A DNA stretch of 64,000 nucleotides from Botryllus schlosseri. Lineage: Eukaryota. The position numbers and the translations under genes are program-made. The first letter of the stretch is position 1. Each line of letters begins with the position of its first letter. The stretch is from NCBI GenBank assembly GCA_051294905.1, contig CM119372.1, forward strand, positions 38,690,001-38,754,000, in the 5' to 3' direction. The notes beneath the pieces were generated by a model, which did no database searches, was not told the DNA's origin, and saw only the letters and a program-made list of their open reading frames with translations. Below, one piece after another: positions 10,901 to 25,900 of this stretch.

Positions 10901-13900
10901 TTTCTGTAAATTTACGACACTTCTCGGAATCGTTCACGGCGTAGACTTCTAATATTGTTTTGCGAAAGCAAACCTCGTAATTATCAATTTTCGGATACCG
11001 AATACAGATATGAACAGAACATTCGCATCGTCCCTAGTACCTACCTATGCAAATATAGAATCAAAGACCTGGACACCATAGATAGGATAAAGGAACAAAG
11101 ACATTTCTCCGTAATCACATTTCGTATTGCATTGTGACAGTTGTAGGCCTATTTGCTTTCGCGGGAACTTTGTCTATCGCTTTGAAGCCTAACGCTATAC
11201 GCGGCGTTCGCAACAAACTGAACTCAGTATAATAACCATTGCGTTTCCTTTCCGGCATTCTATTTGATAATACATGGATGTGATTAGCCGACTCAGTTGC
11301 ACCTGCTCAAATTTTGTCTTTCATATTACCACTGACGTGTCAGGGGTGCGTAAGGTGCACTTACTCCACATCGGCCGCCCAAACAATCAGACAACTCATC
11401 TATTATGAGGTCATGTGTGCTCACTACAATAAATCAATCCGTGACATTGCATTATTATTCAAAACGTTGCCTTCAGTGACACGGCCCACACATTACTTCA
11501 TTTATAATGGTTCGTAACATCGGTGCACGCGCGGGTACTCAGAGCCAGTCTCAGCGGTTCGCTGGAGGTCAATACACCAGAATGCACTCTGATTCGCAGT
11601 AAATGCAAATGTTTTTGTCTTGAGTGAAAATCATGTTTTGCCCTGCTGATTAGGCTTGCAAATTATCGTTAAAACCCTGGATTTATAGATATAGATATAG
11701 GGCTGAATGCGTTATCCGCACTTGTGTTAATAAACGTTGGTGATGCAACTGCTGTCTCTCGGTCCATATCTAAGATACGTCTAATGTTCCATAACAAATG
11801 CGTCAACTATTTCGAGTACGAGTCGCCCTCATGCTGCATGTTCTTTCAAAAATGTACAAATAATTTTGACGTTATTCCGTCTTCTTAAAATAGAAACATT
11901 TTTACGAGCTTTTGTTTAAAATAATGTTAGATACAGGTTTATCTTCAAACAAGCTTTGGTGTTAAGGGCAACCCCAAACCCTAATAAGTTTAGTACGGCA
12001 GTGAGAAACTACCTTATTGCTGTGCCGTCGCGCCACAACGCGCTGATTTGATGCTCTCAGCGGGATTGATAGTTGGGTCATATTTTATTTGAGGATAGCC
12101 AGACTGGGACCTTCTAACTGAAAATGATAATCATAACTAAAATATTGTAGATACAATGTCTGCATGTGGTAATAATACAGAATGAATTGACCGAAAACTA
12201 TGGCATGTTTCGGTCGTTCGAAATCCCCGTCATATTTGCATACGGAACCACAGTGTTTGTTTTCCATTCATCGAAGTCTTCAAAAAGCGCTAAAACTGCG
12301 ATATCATCGTTGTGTCAGCCGCTGGAATACAGTGGTAAGAATGACTTTGAATTATTTATCCAAGGCTAAAAATTTTATTACCCGCCATTGTCTGGACCGA
12401 ACACATTTTATTTCTTTTCAATTAGAAGTGATAGATAAACGCCAGACGCTAATGATGAGAAATCGATGTTGCAATAGATTTGATATCATCGACGGTCCTA
12501 TCGACAGCACGTTACACACCCCTATAGTCTACACTAGTCGGTGTATTTTGCTATAATATACCCAGGCGCAATTGTAGGCCCACTAGAAACCGTTAACGTG
12601 GGTTCCGTCACCATATATGCGGCAGATAGCTGATATGATTTCACATTTTCCAAGCGTCCGGTTCAAGTTGAAAAAATTCCTGCATTTATTTTGTATATAT
12701 TTTGCTCAAATGCAGCCCTCCAATTCGATCATTAACACTCGCATGAATATTGCAAATTATTTGAATTCCATCCAAACTCCCGTCATAGACAAGTTTTGTG
12801 AAGTTTGTACATGCTGTTGGAGAGTTGAAGAGGGTGGCAATTCCATTCTCGGCAGCAGCACGTTGTGACGAACCACAAAAACAATATCAATGACAGCGTC
12901 ACTGTTTTGCCGGGTGTTAATACGAATCAATACCAGCAGGCCGAAGTAATTGTTAAATTGATGTTTCTTTTGACATGGTGCTATTTGTTCCTAACATCGG
13001 ATGGTGTCTTGTAGATCGCATTGAACGTTGTGTGTCTTGATCGATTGAAACAATAACACCGCTGCTTTTTTGGTTACTGCAAAATTGACCATGTACCCAA
13101 AATCTTCAAACCAAATTTCAAATCCAAATGCATGCATATGCTTATCTATGCTACCTAAGCCATGACGCAGAATAAGATATGATAGAAGTGTCTGTTCGGA
13201 TATCTTGCTTTTCAGAGTGTACAATTGTACATTTTACTAGCGAGACGAAGTGTAGTCCTCGAAAATTTCAGTTGGATCTTCTTATTCACCACAACAATAC
13301 ATGTATTGCTGTGTGACTTGAATATGCAAGGTTGATCCTGAATAAGCATCATGAGCGTGATGCGTAAATTGAACAATCGTTGCAGGCCGAGCTGGTAAAG
13401 ACGATCTGGAATCGACGGGGGAATCGCCTGATGTAGCAGCGGTTGATGCGATTCTTGATATTTTGAGGTATGCCACCGATTCCAAATTATACAACGCAGC
13501 GTCGTATTTTCCTGCATTGGTGTATTGTATGATATCTAAATGAATGTAAGGCCAATGCACTCGACTCCTTTGTTCATTGAGGTCGTGTAACCACTCATGT
13601 CAACGTTGTAAATTAAATCAAACAAATGCCTTCGGGAAGACTTACCTGTGCTGCTGTGAGAGAGGATTTGAATGGAAAATTTGTAGCACTTTTACCTTGT
13701 AAACACATGGTTACTCTACATGTTATATATTGTGTTCAGAGCGCAAAACACATATACAGCAAAATATTTCGTGTAGATATGTGCAATGCGCATATGCATT
13801 GAGCCATTGACTATTCAGATTCTACCTGAACTCCGAAATAAAACAAACCGCATTGACGTGCTATTCCCATACCTTTATAATATGTTGTTTAGCTTATCAT

Positions 13901-16900
13901 ACACACGCACTCTCCCTGCACTCGCATTCTCTAACTGTGTTTTTTCAGAAATATTTTCCCAGACAACATCGTGCAGGCGTGCTTCCAACAGGTAAATGTT
14001 TTCTCATTTTACGACCCATATCAAGTCCCACATTTGTTCGTGCAAACAACACAACACCACTTCACAGTCCGACCTTCAATTAATCACCCAAAATGACACA
14101 ACTGTGTATTTAGTGCAATATAGCATGTCCATAATGTTCGAACTATTTAATTACTCTTCTCAATGGTTTTTTTTCCACAGAAGCTATGAGTCTCCCGTTT
14201 CTCATGAGAAATTCCGTTGTGAGTATAATCCAACTATGCTACCCGTTGAGACAGATGCTTGATCAACTTTACGATCTACGAAAAAAATACAAAGTACAAT
14301 TCGCGCATTCATTTTTCAATTCAAACCATCACATTGTAACGCTGCTCTGGAAAGATAACGCGGCGTGAAATCGACTTAACGAGGTATCATAATCATACCC
14401 AAGCTTATACAGCAGCCAAATAACAAAATGCAACCATTTGATATTGTAAAGGGGCATCGAATTGAGCAAATACGAAAAAAACAACGCATAAAACAGGCAC
14501 TCATGAAACATGGCTTATGTGGTGATACACGGAAATCGATACATCAGTTGAATATTGAATACAAACAAGGGACAATCGAATAGTATATTCATATTGAAAT
14601 GAACCAGAATATTTTCGCAACTAGTAGAGAATTGGACAAGGGACAATATTACTGCTATAATACTTGGGCGCGAGACCGATTTTATAGCATGACCTTCGCA
14701 AGGCTTCATTCTAATTTTATATTATATTCCATCCCCTATTATGTTTTATCCACCTCGCGAAAATGTTTTTTTCCTATAATTGTTACGCTAAGCTAAACAA
14801 TAAAGAGATATAGGCTCGACATCGCCTTCCGATCAAGCCAGGGACTTCGAACATTTATTTAGCTCGGGCCGCTATTCTTGGATGGTTGCGGGCGGACCCC
14901 GTTGGTGACCTGTAGAGTACGATAAGATATTTTGATCTGCACAACTAGGGCTGACTTCGATGTGGGTCAAGAATTATGCGAAATTTGGAGGAAGATGACT
15001 AAAATGTGATCAGTTTCGCCTACGACTTGCGACTTTATTACCTGAGGAAGGGGTGTGACGAGATGTTGGCGTAATGGTATGATCCACGGGTGCAACAGCA
15101 ATAGGTCGTGGATTCGAGTTCGATTAATGCGGATTCCAGAATCCCTTTTCCCACGTGTTGAGGGTTTGTCTAGGCTCCTCCTCGCCATCTGATACTAGCA
15201 TGCGGTGACTTAAAAACCTTAGAAGTGGACCGTGCTACAAACCCGCAGCTGAGGAATCAACATAAAGAATTTCGACCTGATGTAAATGACCACTGCAGTC
15301 GACGAACACCATGAATACCACAAACAGCAGCAGAAATATAGTCCGAGGAAACGTATTGTTATGAAAAACCAGGGTGTCTATTGATTTGGATAACAATTAA
15401 TCCAAATTGGCAATTTGATGAATAAAAAGTTCAACACTTTCTCCCAGCCCTCGTCAAGGCTTGAATAAGTCGAAGTGCAATTACCAGTGTTCCCGTCGTC
15501 CGCGTGGCTTATTATCATTATTATGTATAAAGCATGGTTGCATACCCAAGTCACAAGGTTCCGAGTCACAAGTCAATCTCACTTTTGTAATATAGACTTG
15601 AGAAAACTTGAGGAATAATAGAAATGATATCAGTCAGACCTGCAATACCCATTATAATTGAAACAACATGGATACTAAGCAACAACAGCAACAATTACAG
15701 CCAATCGATGCATGCATCTGATTGGTCATGCTTGAATTCATTAACTGGTAGTCTCCGTTGCACCTGATGAAGTTACACGTTGTATATCTATTATCTAGCC
15801 ATTGCATTTGTGTTTGTTATATCCAAATGAATGTGAGGAGGAGTTGGAATTATTTTGTCGCTATGTTGTTGTATGGCGTTCACTTTACGTGACATGACTT
15901 TTCGAATTCCGTACCGAACACACACAGCCAATATAAACGTGGTCAAGTTAAAACAAATAAACACGATTATCATCATAATTTATCACATATAGTTCTTGGA
16001 ACTATATTCATCAGCCTTATGCATATATACATTCGTGTGTGACCGCACGCGGTGGGTACTTGAGTGCACGTTGCGTCAGTAAACAGCACGAGTGGCGTGT
16101 TTGCCATACTTCGGTACGTACTCTAATTTGAATAATCTGATTCAATAAATAGTTTTCTTTTCTTCGAAGTTGTTGCTTCGCCAACTGAGTTTATTTGGAG
16201 GTACGCCGGAACTACTGATAAGTCGTTTGACGTCGACAGTATTTATGTGCGAAAGGTTCACAACTAGCGACAGTAGGCTATATGCTACCTGACGTCGATA
16301 GCTACTTATGCCATACTTGTGTAAATACGGCTGAAAAAACATGTAGTTTGAGCCTACGGACGATTTGCACCCAAAATAGTCGTCGTATACGATGTGGAGT
16401 GGTTGAAACCCTCGAAATCATCGTCGGTTAAACAGTTTCGGCATGTGGATATAGGTCAGTGGTTCCCCAACTTATTCGACTCATCGCCACCTATCAAGCT
16501 CGACACAAATTTTGGCTCCCCCGCACATTTACGGATCCGATAAACGGGACATGTCAACGGTGAAATTATTCACCAAACTCAGATCGCTGGTGAATTTACT
16601 AAACAAGGAAGGTCATTTTTCCGAGTAGGTGCTCGGCGAACCGGTTTCCGCGTCTGCTTTCTGTTGAGTTTGCCCTTTATTAGTCTAGTATTGCGTCATA
16701 TGCAGAATATGCCTCTACACGTGCTTTTTGGGCCGTGTAAATTAAATATATCTCATTGGACGCCCTAACATTTTCGCCTCCCGTCGCCCCCTAATCGCCC
16801 CTTTGGTATTTTCGCCCCCTGGTTTCTCAAAATTGCCCACTGGGGGTGATATCGCCCACGTTTGGAGCCACTGATATAGATCATTGGAATGGGTGTTCTG

Positions 16901-19900
16901 ATGACGACCGCCGATCATAAAAATGCTGCATAACGATGTAGTCCTGGTTAAAGATAGTTTTGGTCTGTTTATGACAGTGATCGGAAGCCCTTTTCGTCGA
17001 AGGAGCCATATTTACCCTATGAATTTTCTATTGTCAATGTCAATCCACGGTTTAGTAAAAAAACATGTTTTAAACAAGGACATCGATTCAAACATGTTAG
17101 TTTTAAATTTATTTCTGCTATAAATGCAATCCCGTAGCATATAATATTTACCGATTTCGGTGTCGCATCCATTCTATTATACTCCATTTGAGCCTAGCAC
17201 CTGACCATAAGCTGAATCAAAAACCTATGGGGCGGGCCGCACGCCATTCAAATTTAGCACTTCGTCACAGGAAAGTGTAGTACAGTAGTGTAGCCTACCC
17301 AGGAGCTTTTGGTTTGAAATCAAAACCAAGTTTTTTGAAAATGCTAAATTTCAGCATTTACAATTTTTTTTGCAATCATGCGGTTGCTTATCGCCCGAAC
17401 AATACGATGACATTTTTATAGGCAGTGGTACTCGAAACTTTTTTAGACACCCTTTATGATGGTGAAAAATTCTGCGCCTCCCTCATTGCCATATCACAAA
17501 ATGCAACCGGAATGCTAGCTATCCAAACGGATAGTTTGATTGCATGGAAGGTTATCATTGTTGATGAGAGAATTCTGAAATGGAAAATTATGACTATATA
17601 CCGAGAAACAACTATGAATTGAAGGTAAATCGTGCGGAGCGCGAAAAAACATAAGTTGACCGAAGCGCCACCCAGTTTGAGAGCCAGTGTTTTAAGGCAA
17701 AGTTTCGCATTTCCAACTGGTGTCTGAAAGGGAATAGAATAAGTCACGGTTATTTTATAATTATTCATTGTACTGTTTTCGTTTTGTGTGAAATTTTAAT
17801 GGCATTGTTTCTTTACGACTCTGTTGATGCAGAGTTCATTTTGTACACCTGTAATATGTGGCAATGCATTGGACTTGTCATTTTGTTTGCTGTAATCGTG
17901 TCGATGCTGTCTTACCTGTGTGCTAAATTAAATTTTACCATTCGATCGCATTCTTTTTATTTCAGTACCAATCGTTCCGGGTACCGATCTATGGCAACGT
18001 GTCGGAACGTGTCACCTACCAGACAACGCCCCCACCGGAAGCGACCACATTCCCTCCAGTAACGGAAATCGTCGAAACCATCGTGGATTACGAAATTGTA
18101 AGTCTTCATTTGTGATCAGGACAAGTCAAAATAGTCACAGTTGATACTCTAGTAAAAAAAAGAAGTACTGAAGTAAATTTCCACTGAAGTAGGCTAAGAA
18201 TCAGGAATTCCCAAAATATGTCAGGACTACTCTAATTGCAAGTAGGAAATATTAAGTAGTTTCAAAAAGTAGATTTAGTATTGGGGTCTCATACATTTAG
18301 CAGCATTTAATCAGAGGTGGCGACTTCATATAGTGGCGCGAGTGCAAAATGACCAATGACGAATGCATAGGTTACTATATCTGCAAAGATAGATTCAGTG
18401 ACGTTGATATTCACTTTAAACAAAAGTCGTGTATTTCCCCGATTTTCAACCTAGGAGAAGTTGTAGATGAGGTAACGGTAAGTCCAAGTATACCAAATTG
18501 TGATTTCACACTTTTCCAGCGGTCGAAATGAGTCATCAGACACATATTTCCAGGCGTGCCCGGGATGCTGTTTTCGTGCTGTACTCCAGGGTATCATCGA
18601 AATGTGTATTTGACTCACTTTCAGCCGTTGGAGGGGCGTGAAAGCATAATTTAGAGCCCGAAAGTTCCTTTAGCTGCTGATTACCACACCACGTTCTGGT
18701 ATAAATCTGATTAATACACCTATATTTCCACCTATGGATTTATGGCGTATTTCGCGCGGTTCTAACCACAAGCTAATTCATAAAAGTGGTGCAAGTTATG
18801 AAAAGATGATAAGTAAGTAGTATCGTATACAGACTGTTAGAGTATAAGTGAAAGCATGGTCTAAAACGTAACCACCTGACTATATAGCGCAAGTACGCTA
18901 AACCATCTTATTAGGCCTACTCCGGAAACGTGGGTGACCACCTCTTACTGTAATATATAATACATAGCATTTGCCCCGATACTAAATGGGTTGAATTTTG
19001 CCGCGTTGCAGGACGGCCAATACAAACTTGGCATTAACGTGCTAGGCATCATCACGTTCTGCATCACGTTCGGAATATTAATCGGAGCCCAGAAAGACGG
19101 AGAAATCGTGATTCGATTTTTCAGCGCCTGCAACGAGGCCGTCATGAAGATGATCATGCTCGTTATATGGTCAGTGTGCTTATCTATCTATCAGCGTCGG
19201 TGATCTTGAACCTATATCGGATGGTGCGGTGTTTTAGCATTTAATTCAGGGGCGTCGAAAATACGGACCGCGGGCCGCATCCGGCCAGAGAAGCAATTCT
19301 GAGTTGATTCAAAATAATTATATTATCCAACATATTTCTAACGAATTCCGAGATTTTTAGCAAGAAACACTTTCATTAAATAATCCCACTAGACTGCAAA
19401 TGTCGACTAATATGTTCATTGTTCCTATAGGCCACATTATAGCCAGCACTCGACAGTGGTGTATTGATTTCACTCTAGCCGCTATTAGGAAAAAGTCGCT
19501 GACATTGACACCCAATTCCGAAAAGGCAAAAAGTACACGCACTGAGTTCCGAGTGTTATGGACAAATGGAGCAAAAAACTAGTTATTTCCAGCAGCGAAA
19601 ACGACATGCGAAACCGTTTTATGCAGAGAAAACGTAGATGACATAATAATTAATCAGAATTATGAATTAAATTCTGTGGTAACACTGCTGTATCACTTCT
19701 GACTCAAAACGTCAGAAGGTCTCCGGCTTCCCAAGATCGCGATTTAATAATAAGCCTATATAACGTATTCAAATGACCGATCACCGTATTTCTTCGGGCG
19801 CTGCGGTTCTGTGCGAATAAAGGTGATTAAAGGTTTGATAATATTCAATGAAAAACAATGGCGTATAGTTTGAGATAACATTTTGGTCCGGAGTGTGATG

Positions 19901-22900
19901 GATCTGACGGTTTGAATCCGGCCGTGACGCAAGTTAAGTTTGACACCCTTGATTTAACCAAAACTTGTACAAGGGTTGTTCAGATTTGAAAAATTGTCAG
20001 GAAACTTCGATGCTTGTGACCCAAATGAAGGTTTAGTACATAAAAACACTTTTATGAACAATTTTGGTTATCTTCGTCGTGATCTTCTATCCCCGAAAAC
20101 CCCCCAAAGATCCATGGGGCAATTCTCCATACTACTGGATATGTAATGTTGACCACGTCACCGGTTTACAGCTTTTGTGACGTTATCATCAGTTGAAAAC
20201 GGCCGTGTAGAGATGATATATTGCAATAAAATAGCCATGATTTCAAATTCGTACTTAAATGCAGTCCCATAAAGGCCACATGCATAACGTTTTCACTCTG
20301 CACAACCTGTCTATCATGCTCATGGGAATCATGTATTGGTTGCACCATTGACATCGGCTTGTTTTGGATCGTACATTGAAGAAGCGCCGTTGGGTTGCAA
20401 TTCGTGAACAAATAATGATATTTATAGCTAGTTTCCAGTCATAAGGTATTATTCAAAGGTGTATAATGTCAGTAATACTTTTCTCAACTTCAAATCATCT
20501 GTGAAATACCAAGTTATCTTATTTTATGGTAGACTGCAATTTAGTTGCAGAAGAATGTCGGAAACAAAGTGGATATGGGTTTTGCGGACCAACCATGAAC
20601 AAGATTCAGGTCTGCCCACTATTTGGTCTGATATTCTGGTCACTATTCGGAAGGATATTTATCGAGTGTATTAGTCACTCCAAGTTACCGACTCTAGATG
20701 AGGTTCTACCACATCCGCCATATCTGAAAGAATATTGCCCCGAAACTACCACAACGCAGGACTGTGTCCTTCTAACTGTTGAAAACGTTGACAACGTATG
20801 GAATATGACAAGAATATCTATAAGACAAGCGCTTAACATTGTGTTGATGCATTGTTTCAGGCATTCTTCTTCAACTAAATTGCAGTCCACCATAAAATAA
20901 GATAACTCGGTATTTTACAGATGATTTGAAGTTGAGAAAAGTATTACTGACATTACATAGCTTTGAATAATATCTTATGGCTGAAAAGTAGCTGGGAATA
21001 TCAGTATTTGTTCACGAATTGCAACCCAACGGCGCTTCTTCAATGTACGATCCAAAACAAGCGGATGTCAATGGTGCAACCAATACATGATTCCCATGAG
21101 CATGATAGACAGGTTGTGCAGAGTGAAATCGTTATGCATGTAGCCTTTATGGAACTGCATTTAAGTACAATTTTGAAATCATGGCTATTTTATTGCAATA
21201 TATCATCTCTACACGGCCGTTTTCAACTGATAACGTCACAAAAGCTATAAACCGGTGACGTGGTCAACATTACATATCCAGTAGTAAGAAGAATTGCCCC
21301 GTGGATCTTTGGGTTTTTTTCGGGGATAGAAGATTACAACGAAGATGACCAAAATTGCTCATAAAAGTGTTTTTATGTACTAAACCTTCATTTGGGTCAC
21401 AAGCATCGAAGTTTCCTGACAATTTTTCAAATCTGAGCAACCCTGTCACTCCAATCTACACAAGACACCTAACCCGTGGTAATCCTAATTGGAAGGAGGA
21501 GCACGGCGGCATGGTATATATAGGATAAGCTAAATGATAATGCCAAATACTTAACAACCTGACCCCGTCGACCTCGCCTATCGACACATGCCGTCCCCAT
21601 TTGCTTTTCTTGTGCCTGTATGTTATCTTCTGACACTTTTAATTCCATGTGCACTGTGCGCGGCACTTGGTTTATATTTTCTAGTCCAACACCGGAATTC
21701 GTTATGTTGTGGCATTTATGTATATTGCACTTGACAGAAAAGCCGCAGGCTAAACCCATCTTAACTCAATCCAGGGTTGTAAACATGTCCGAATATTCTA
21801 AGTCACAAGTGACTCTTAGTTTTATAGGTTTGAGTAGGGACAAGTCGAGACACTATCAATGCACCACCGAACCATGTCCCAGTCGAAGTTCGTTAGCAAA
21901 TAGTCGAGTCCGAGTCGTAGTGACGAGACTCGCGTCCTAGTCCGAGTCATATAATTATCAAGTATCAAGTGATGTTCAAGTCTCCTTTTTTGAAGCTTTG
22001 GGGTGATATCGAAGCTACCGCATTTATAAAATGCTCATTTTTCTCACACATAACATGCCAATTCAAACTGCTAAAACTCGGTTCACGGGCCCATATTTTC
22101 CAAGTATTGGTCCAGATACACGAGACGTAAATCGTGTTATATAGAATTTCTCGAGTCATATATATGACAGGGACGAGTCATGGGCAATGAATAGAGTACG
22201 AGTAGAGTTCTACTCCAAAAGCAACCGTTAGTAAAAGTTGTCACTTGGGCGATTTTTTTATCTAAAAAACCGAAGATTTTGACCTAAAAATAAAAATTAT
22301 GACATTTTTTACCCTACAAACTTAATTTTGACCAGATTTTGAACTGACGTTTGCAAATTAGGTGTCTTCCCACATAATGTTAGATTGTACTACTTATCCT
22401 AATTTCTGGATGGAGCTGTCTGTCCTTTCGAAGTAGTTTAGCCTGAAATCACTTTTTTTACTCAGAAACTGACATACTTTTTTCAAGAAAAAACGAAATC
22501 TGGCCCTATGAAGAATTCCAGTAGTTACATAACGTATTATGGAGATATAATTTAAATTTGTTGCAGTACAACGAAAGATACTTTCCTACGTTCTCGGGTA
22601 GAAAGTGTCAGTCCTTACGAATTAGCTTGTCAAGAACGGAGAAAGACCGTTCAACAGCAGCAGTTGTTGGCTGACAACACTGAAGTTGGTGACACGCCGT
22701 GTTGCTTCATTCTGACAATGGTGTCTACATCACAATTTTCATTATATGCTTCTTGATATAAGAACCATGCAATGCCCGCGCAGTCTTGCTTCAGTTAGGA
22801 TATTGCGGTACGTTGAGCATAACACCGTGTCAACCTTTTGTTTCATTTGAATGTTCATGATTCACAATGAGCAGACAATGGGTCTACAACGTTAGGCCTA

Positions 22901-25900
22901 TAAATTAGGCTTCAAGCTGTAAAATGTCAAATGATAGGTTCATCGACAGTGCAAAATCTACGATACAAACGAAAAGCAGATTGCAAAAAAATGTTGACTT
23001 TGAAAACAATTTTGACATTTTTTGACCTATCGCTACAACTTTGATAAAATTTGGACTTTTTTGACATTAAAAAAAAACGCGCCCTAGTTATCACATATAG
23101 AAAGTAATTTACAGGCTGTACTGTGCAACCATTCAACCTGTTATGAAGCATAAACTTGGTTACTTATCGTGAATTGTGATATAGCTCAGTCATCGGCCTA
23201 TCTGCAACACCCCAGTACACCAAATTCAAGTGGTAGGCCTACACACTTTAATAATTATGTCACACTTGATAGGGTGTACAATACACGCGGCTGCAAATAA
23301 CTGGTCTATGTAGTTCATCATTACATCGGCGTCTAGCCAGAGCAGCAGTATGCCATAAAGATAGGTTTATGGCTTTTCGACTAATATTTGCAGAAGGTAT
23401 TTAATGGTGCCGTCTGCCATGTCGCGCAACAAAAATGATAGAGTGCATTGAAACCTGCTGCAACAAAACGTTATGTCATCAATCGAAATGCTTTATTCGG
23501 ATTTGGAGTTTAGATTTGTCGGAGAAAACCTGGAGTGGTGACGTTGAATTTTGAATGATTTTGATACGGGCGTGATCAGACTAGTTGACCTTCACGGTCG
23601 TATCGATCCTCTGATATCGAATACTGTGCAGTATGCAATGTGCATGCATATCTTTTGTACCACCATCTTTGCCGTCTGTTTTATATGTATTTTGGTTGGA
23701 TGAAAATAAAGGCTCTCTCTCTCTATATTCGTCCTATACGGTACTGCAAACACTCATTAGTTTACGCAAACAATGTTGCAGACCAAATTCCTCCGATATA
23801 AAACCGAATGCTTCTGAAATATCTAGTCTCAATACTCGATTCGTTATGCGTGCAAAATATCCGGCATTCGCGTAGATCACAATACTAACAACTATTTAAA
23901 GGTGTTTATAACACGTTTGAATCACAGCCTTCACAACCAAGTCAATGGTTAGAAATCATGAGTGAATTTAATAATAATAATTGTAATATGAAAAATTATC
24001 CACCCGTTAAAGAAAAACTATGAAGGGACGGAATGTATATGTAAACATGATATGTATTAGGGATATGGTGTGAACCTCTAAAAGGTTCAGGTTCGTGTAA
24101 ACGCGAACCTTTTTGGAAGGTTCTGCTTGAAAGCGAACGTGAACCCCATGACGTCACGTGACGTCATTTTGCTAATTACAACCCTACATTTCGGTGAACT
24201 GATATATATTATTGCACACGATACCTAGCGACGACTTCAGCCCAATATTTTCACAATGCTGAAGTATATAACTGACTTTTTAAACGTCCCCTAATGTATC
24301 ATTCGGCTGACACTGGGCAGGGGTAATCGTCAGCAACTGGTAGAGATTTGGAAAGAACATTGTATGCCTACAATCGTATCTAGGAGTATGTGTGAAAATG
24401 GGAACCTTTAGATTTTTTTATGAGTGTTTATCTCATCGTGCATTTCGTGTCTTGACCGGATGAAAATATGTAATCCAATGATTAATACGATAAATATTAT
24501 TAAGATATGCTGCAATTACCGTATTTAACGTAGCGGATAATAACTCGGGTTTCATTATATGTGCCGAATAACGCCGTTTGATTTTTATGTGCTGAAATCT
24601 CCGTGCTTAATACAAATACCTCAGGTACTCGCCAATCGGTATTATCTTCCTTATCGCTGGTGAGATCATGAAAATGGATGACCCGCAGGAAACGCTCACG
24701 CAGCTAGGACTGTACATGGCGACCGTTATTGCCGGATTGGCGATACACGGGCTCATTGTTCTGCCGCTAATTTATTTGGTCATCGTCAGAAGGAATCCTT
24801 TCAAGTATCTAGCGGGAGTAACACAGGTATTTAGAAAAAAACATCTTCTTTGCAGATGCGGTTAATGACGAAGTACTCCTAATTTTATTGCAAATTCAAG
24901 TAGATTTTGCCTATACTTGCGCGCTTACGTCGTTGCTCTTTTTACTTTTTATTCCAACTCCAATGGCGTGACAGCGTAGTGGTATAATGCACAGCTGCAA
25001 CACCAATGGGTTGCGTGTTCGAATCTGAGAGAGGCCCACTCCAAAATTGCTCCCAAGTGTTGGAGGTTTAACTATACCTATACGTTCCTCCTCGTCATCT
25101 CATCCCCCTAAGCAGTGTCTTGCATAAAGCCTAGAAGTCAGCCGTGTTATAAGTCGCGGCAACGGAATAGAAATGAAGAATGTTTGCCTGCAGGTGTAAA
25201 TGACCGACCATAAGAGTCGACAAACACTATGATTACCACAAACAAATACTCCGCTTTCAGGCTCTTATGACGGCGCTGGCGACTTCATCTAGTTCAGCAA
25301 CACTCCCAGTCACGATCAGCAATTTGGAGCAAAAAAACAAGGTCGATAAGCGAGTAACTCGGTAAGCATAGGCTTCACCTTTAGTTACAATAGAAATGCA
25401 AGCTTGGCAAATAAACTGAATTTGCACTCTAAAACCTGTTGCAAAATAACCAAGAAAGTTTCTAACACAGGGGTCACCAAACGGTGCCCGCGGGCCCCAG
25501 GTAGCCCGCGAGCCAGTTCTAAAACTAGATCGAAATGCAGCATTTACCAATATTCGTCAGGTTATTACCAGTGAGCGTTTAGATATATACTGGATTACTG
25601 GTACATTTAGCTATTTTTCTTTAAATCACATTAACATGTAACTTACAAATGACAATACATATATAACACTTAAAATGATGATATCAAATCTCCTCAATTA
25701 CAATAAGTAATATACCAACATGTAATGGAATCACAAGATATTGAAGACGTAGGATATACGGCGCACTGACTATACAGGCGACATGACGGAATGCCATCCA
25801 TGGTCTTCTTGAAATGGAGGGGGTTCGGTTATGGTTGCTCGAAGTCCAGAACTATGCCGAACTAGTAAACAACATTACTATTCGGTAGCAGATAGCCGTG

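Noticed and set aside
20166..21250. Duplicated ORF pairs on opposite strands, suggesting a gene pair
   Set aside because: Mirror translations of the inverted-repeat arms; no recognisable domain or splice structure.
24965..25040. tRNA gene
   Set aside because: A/B boxes are present but I cannot fold a proper acceptor stem, and the sequence continues into a body shared with a dispersed copy; it is a SINE head.
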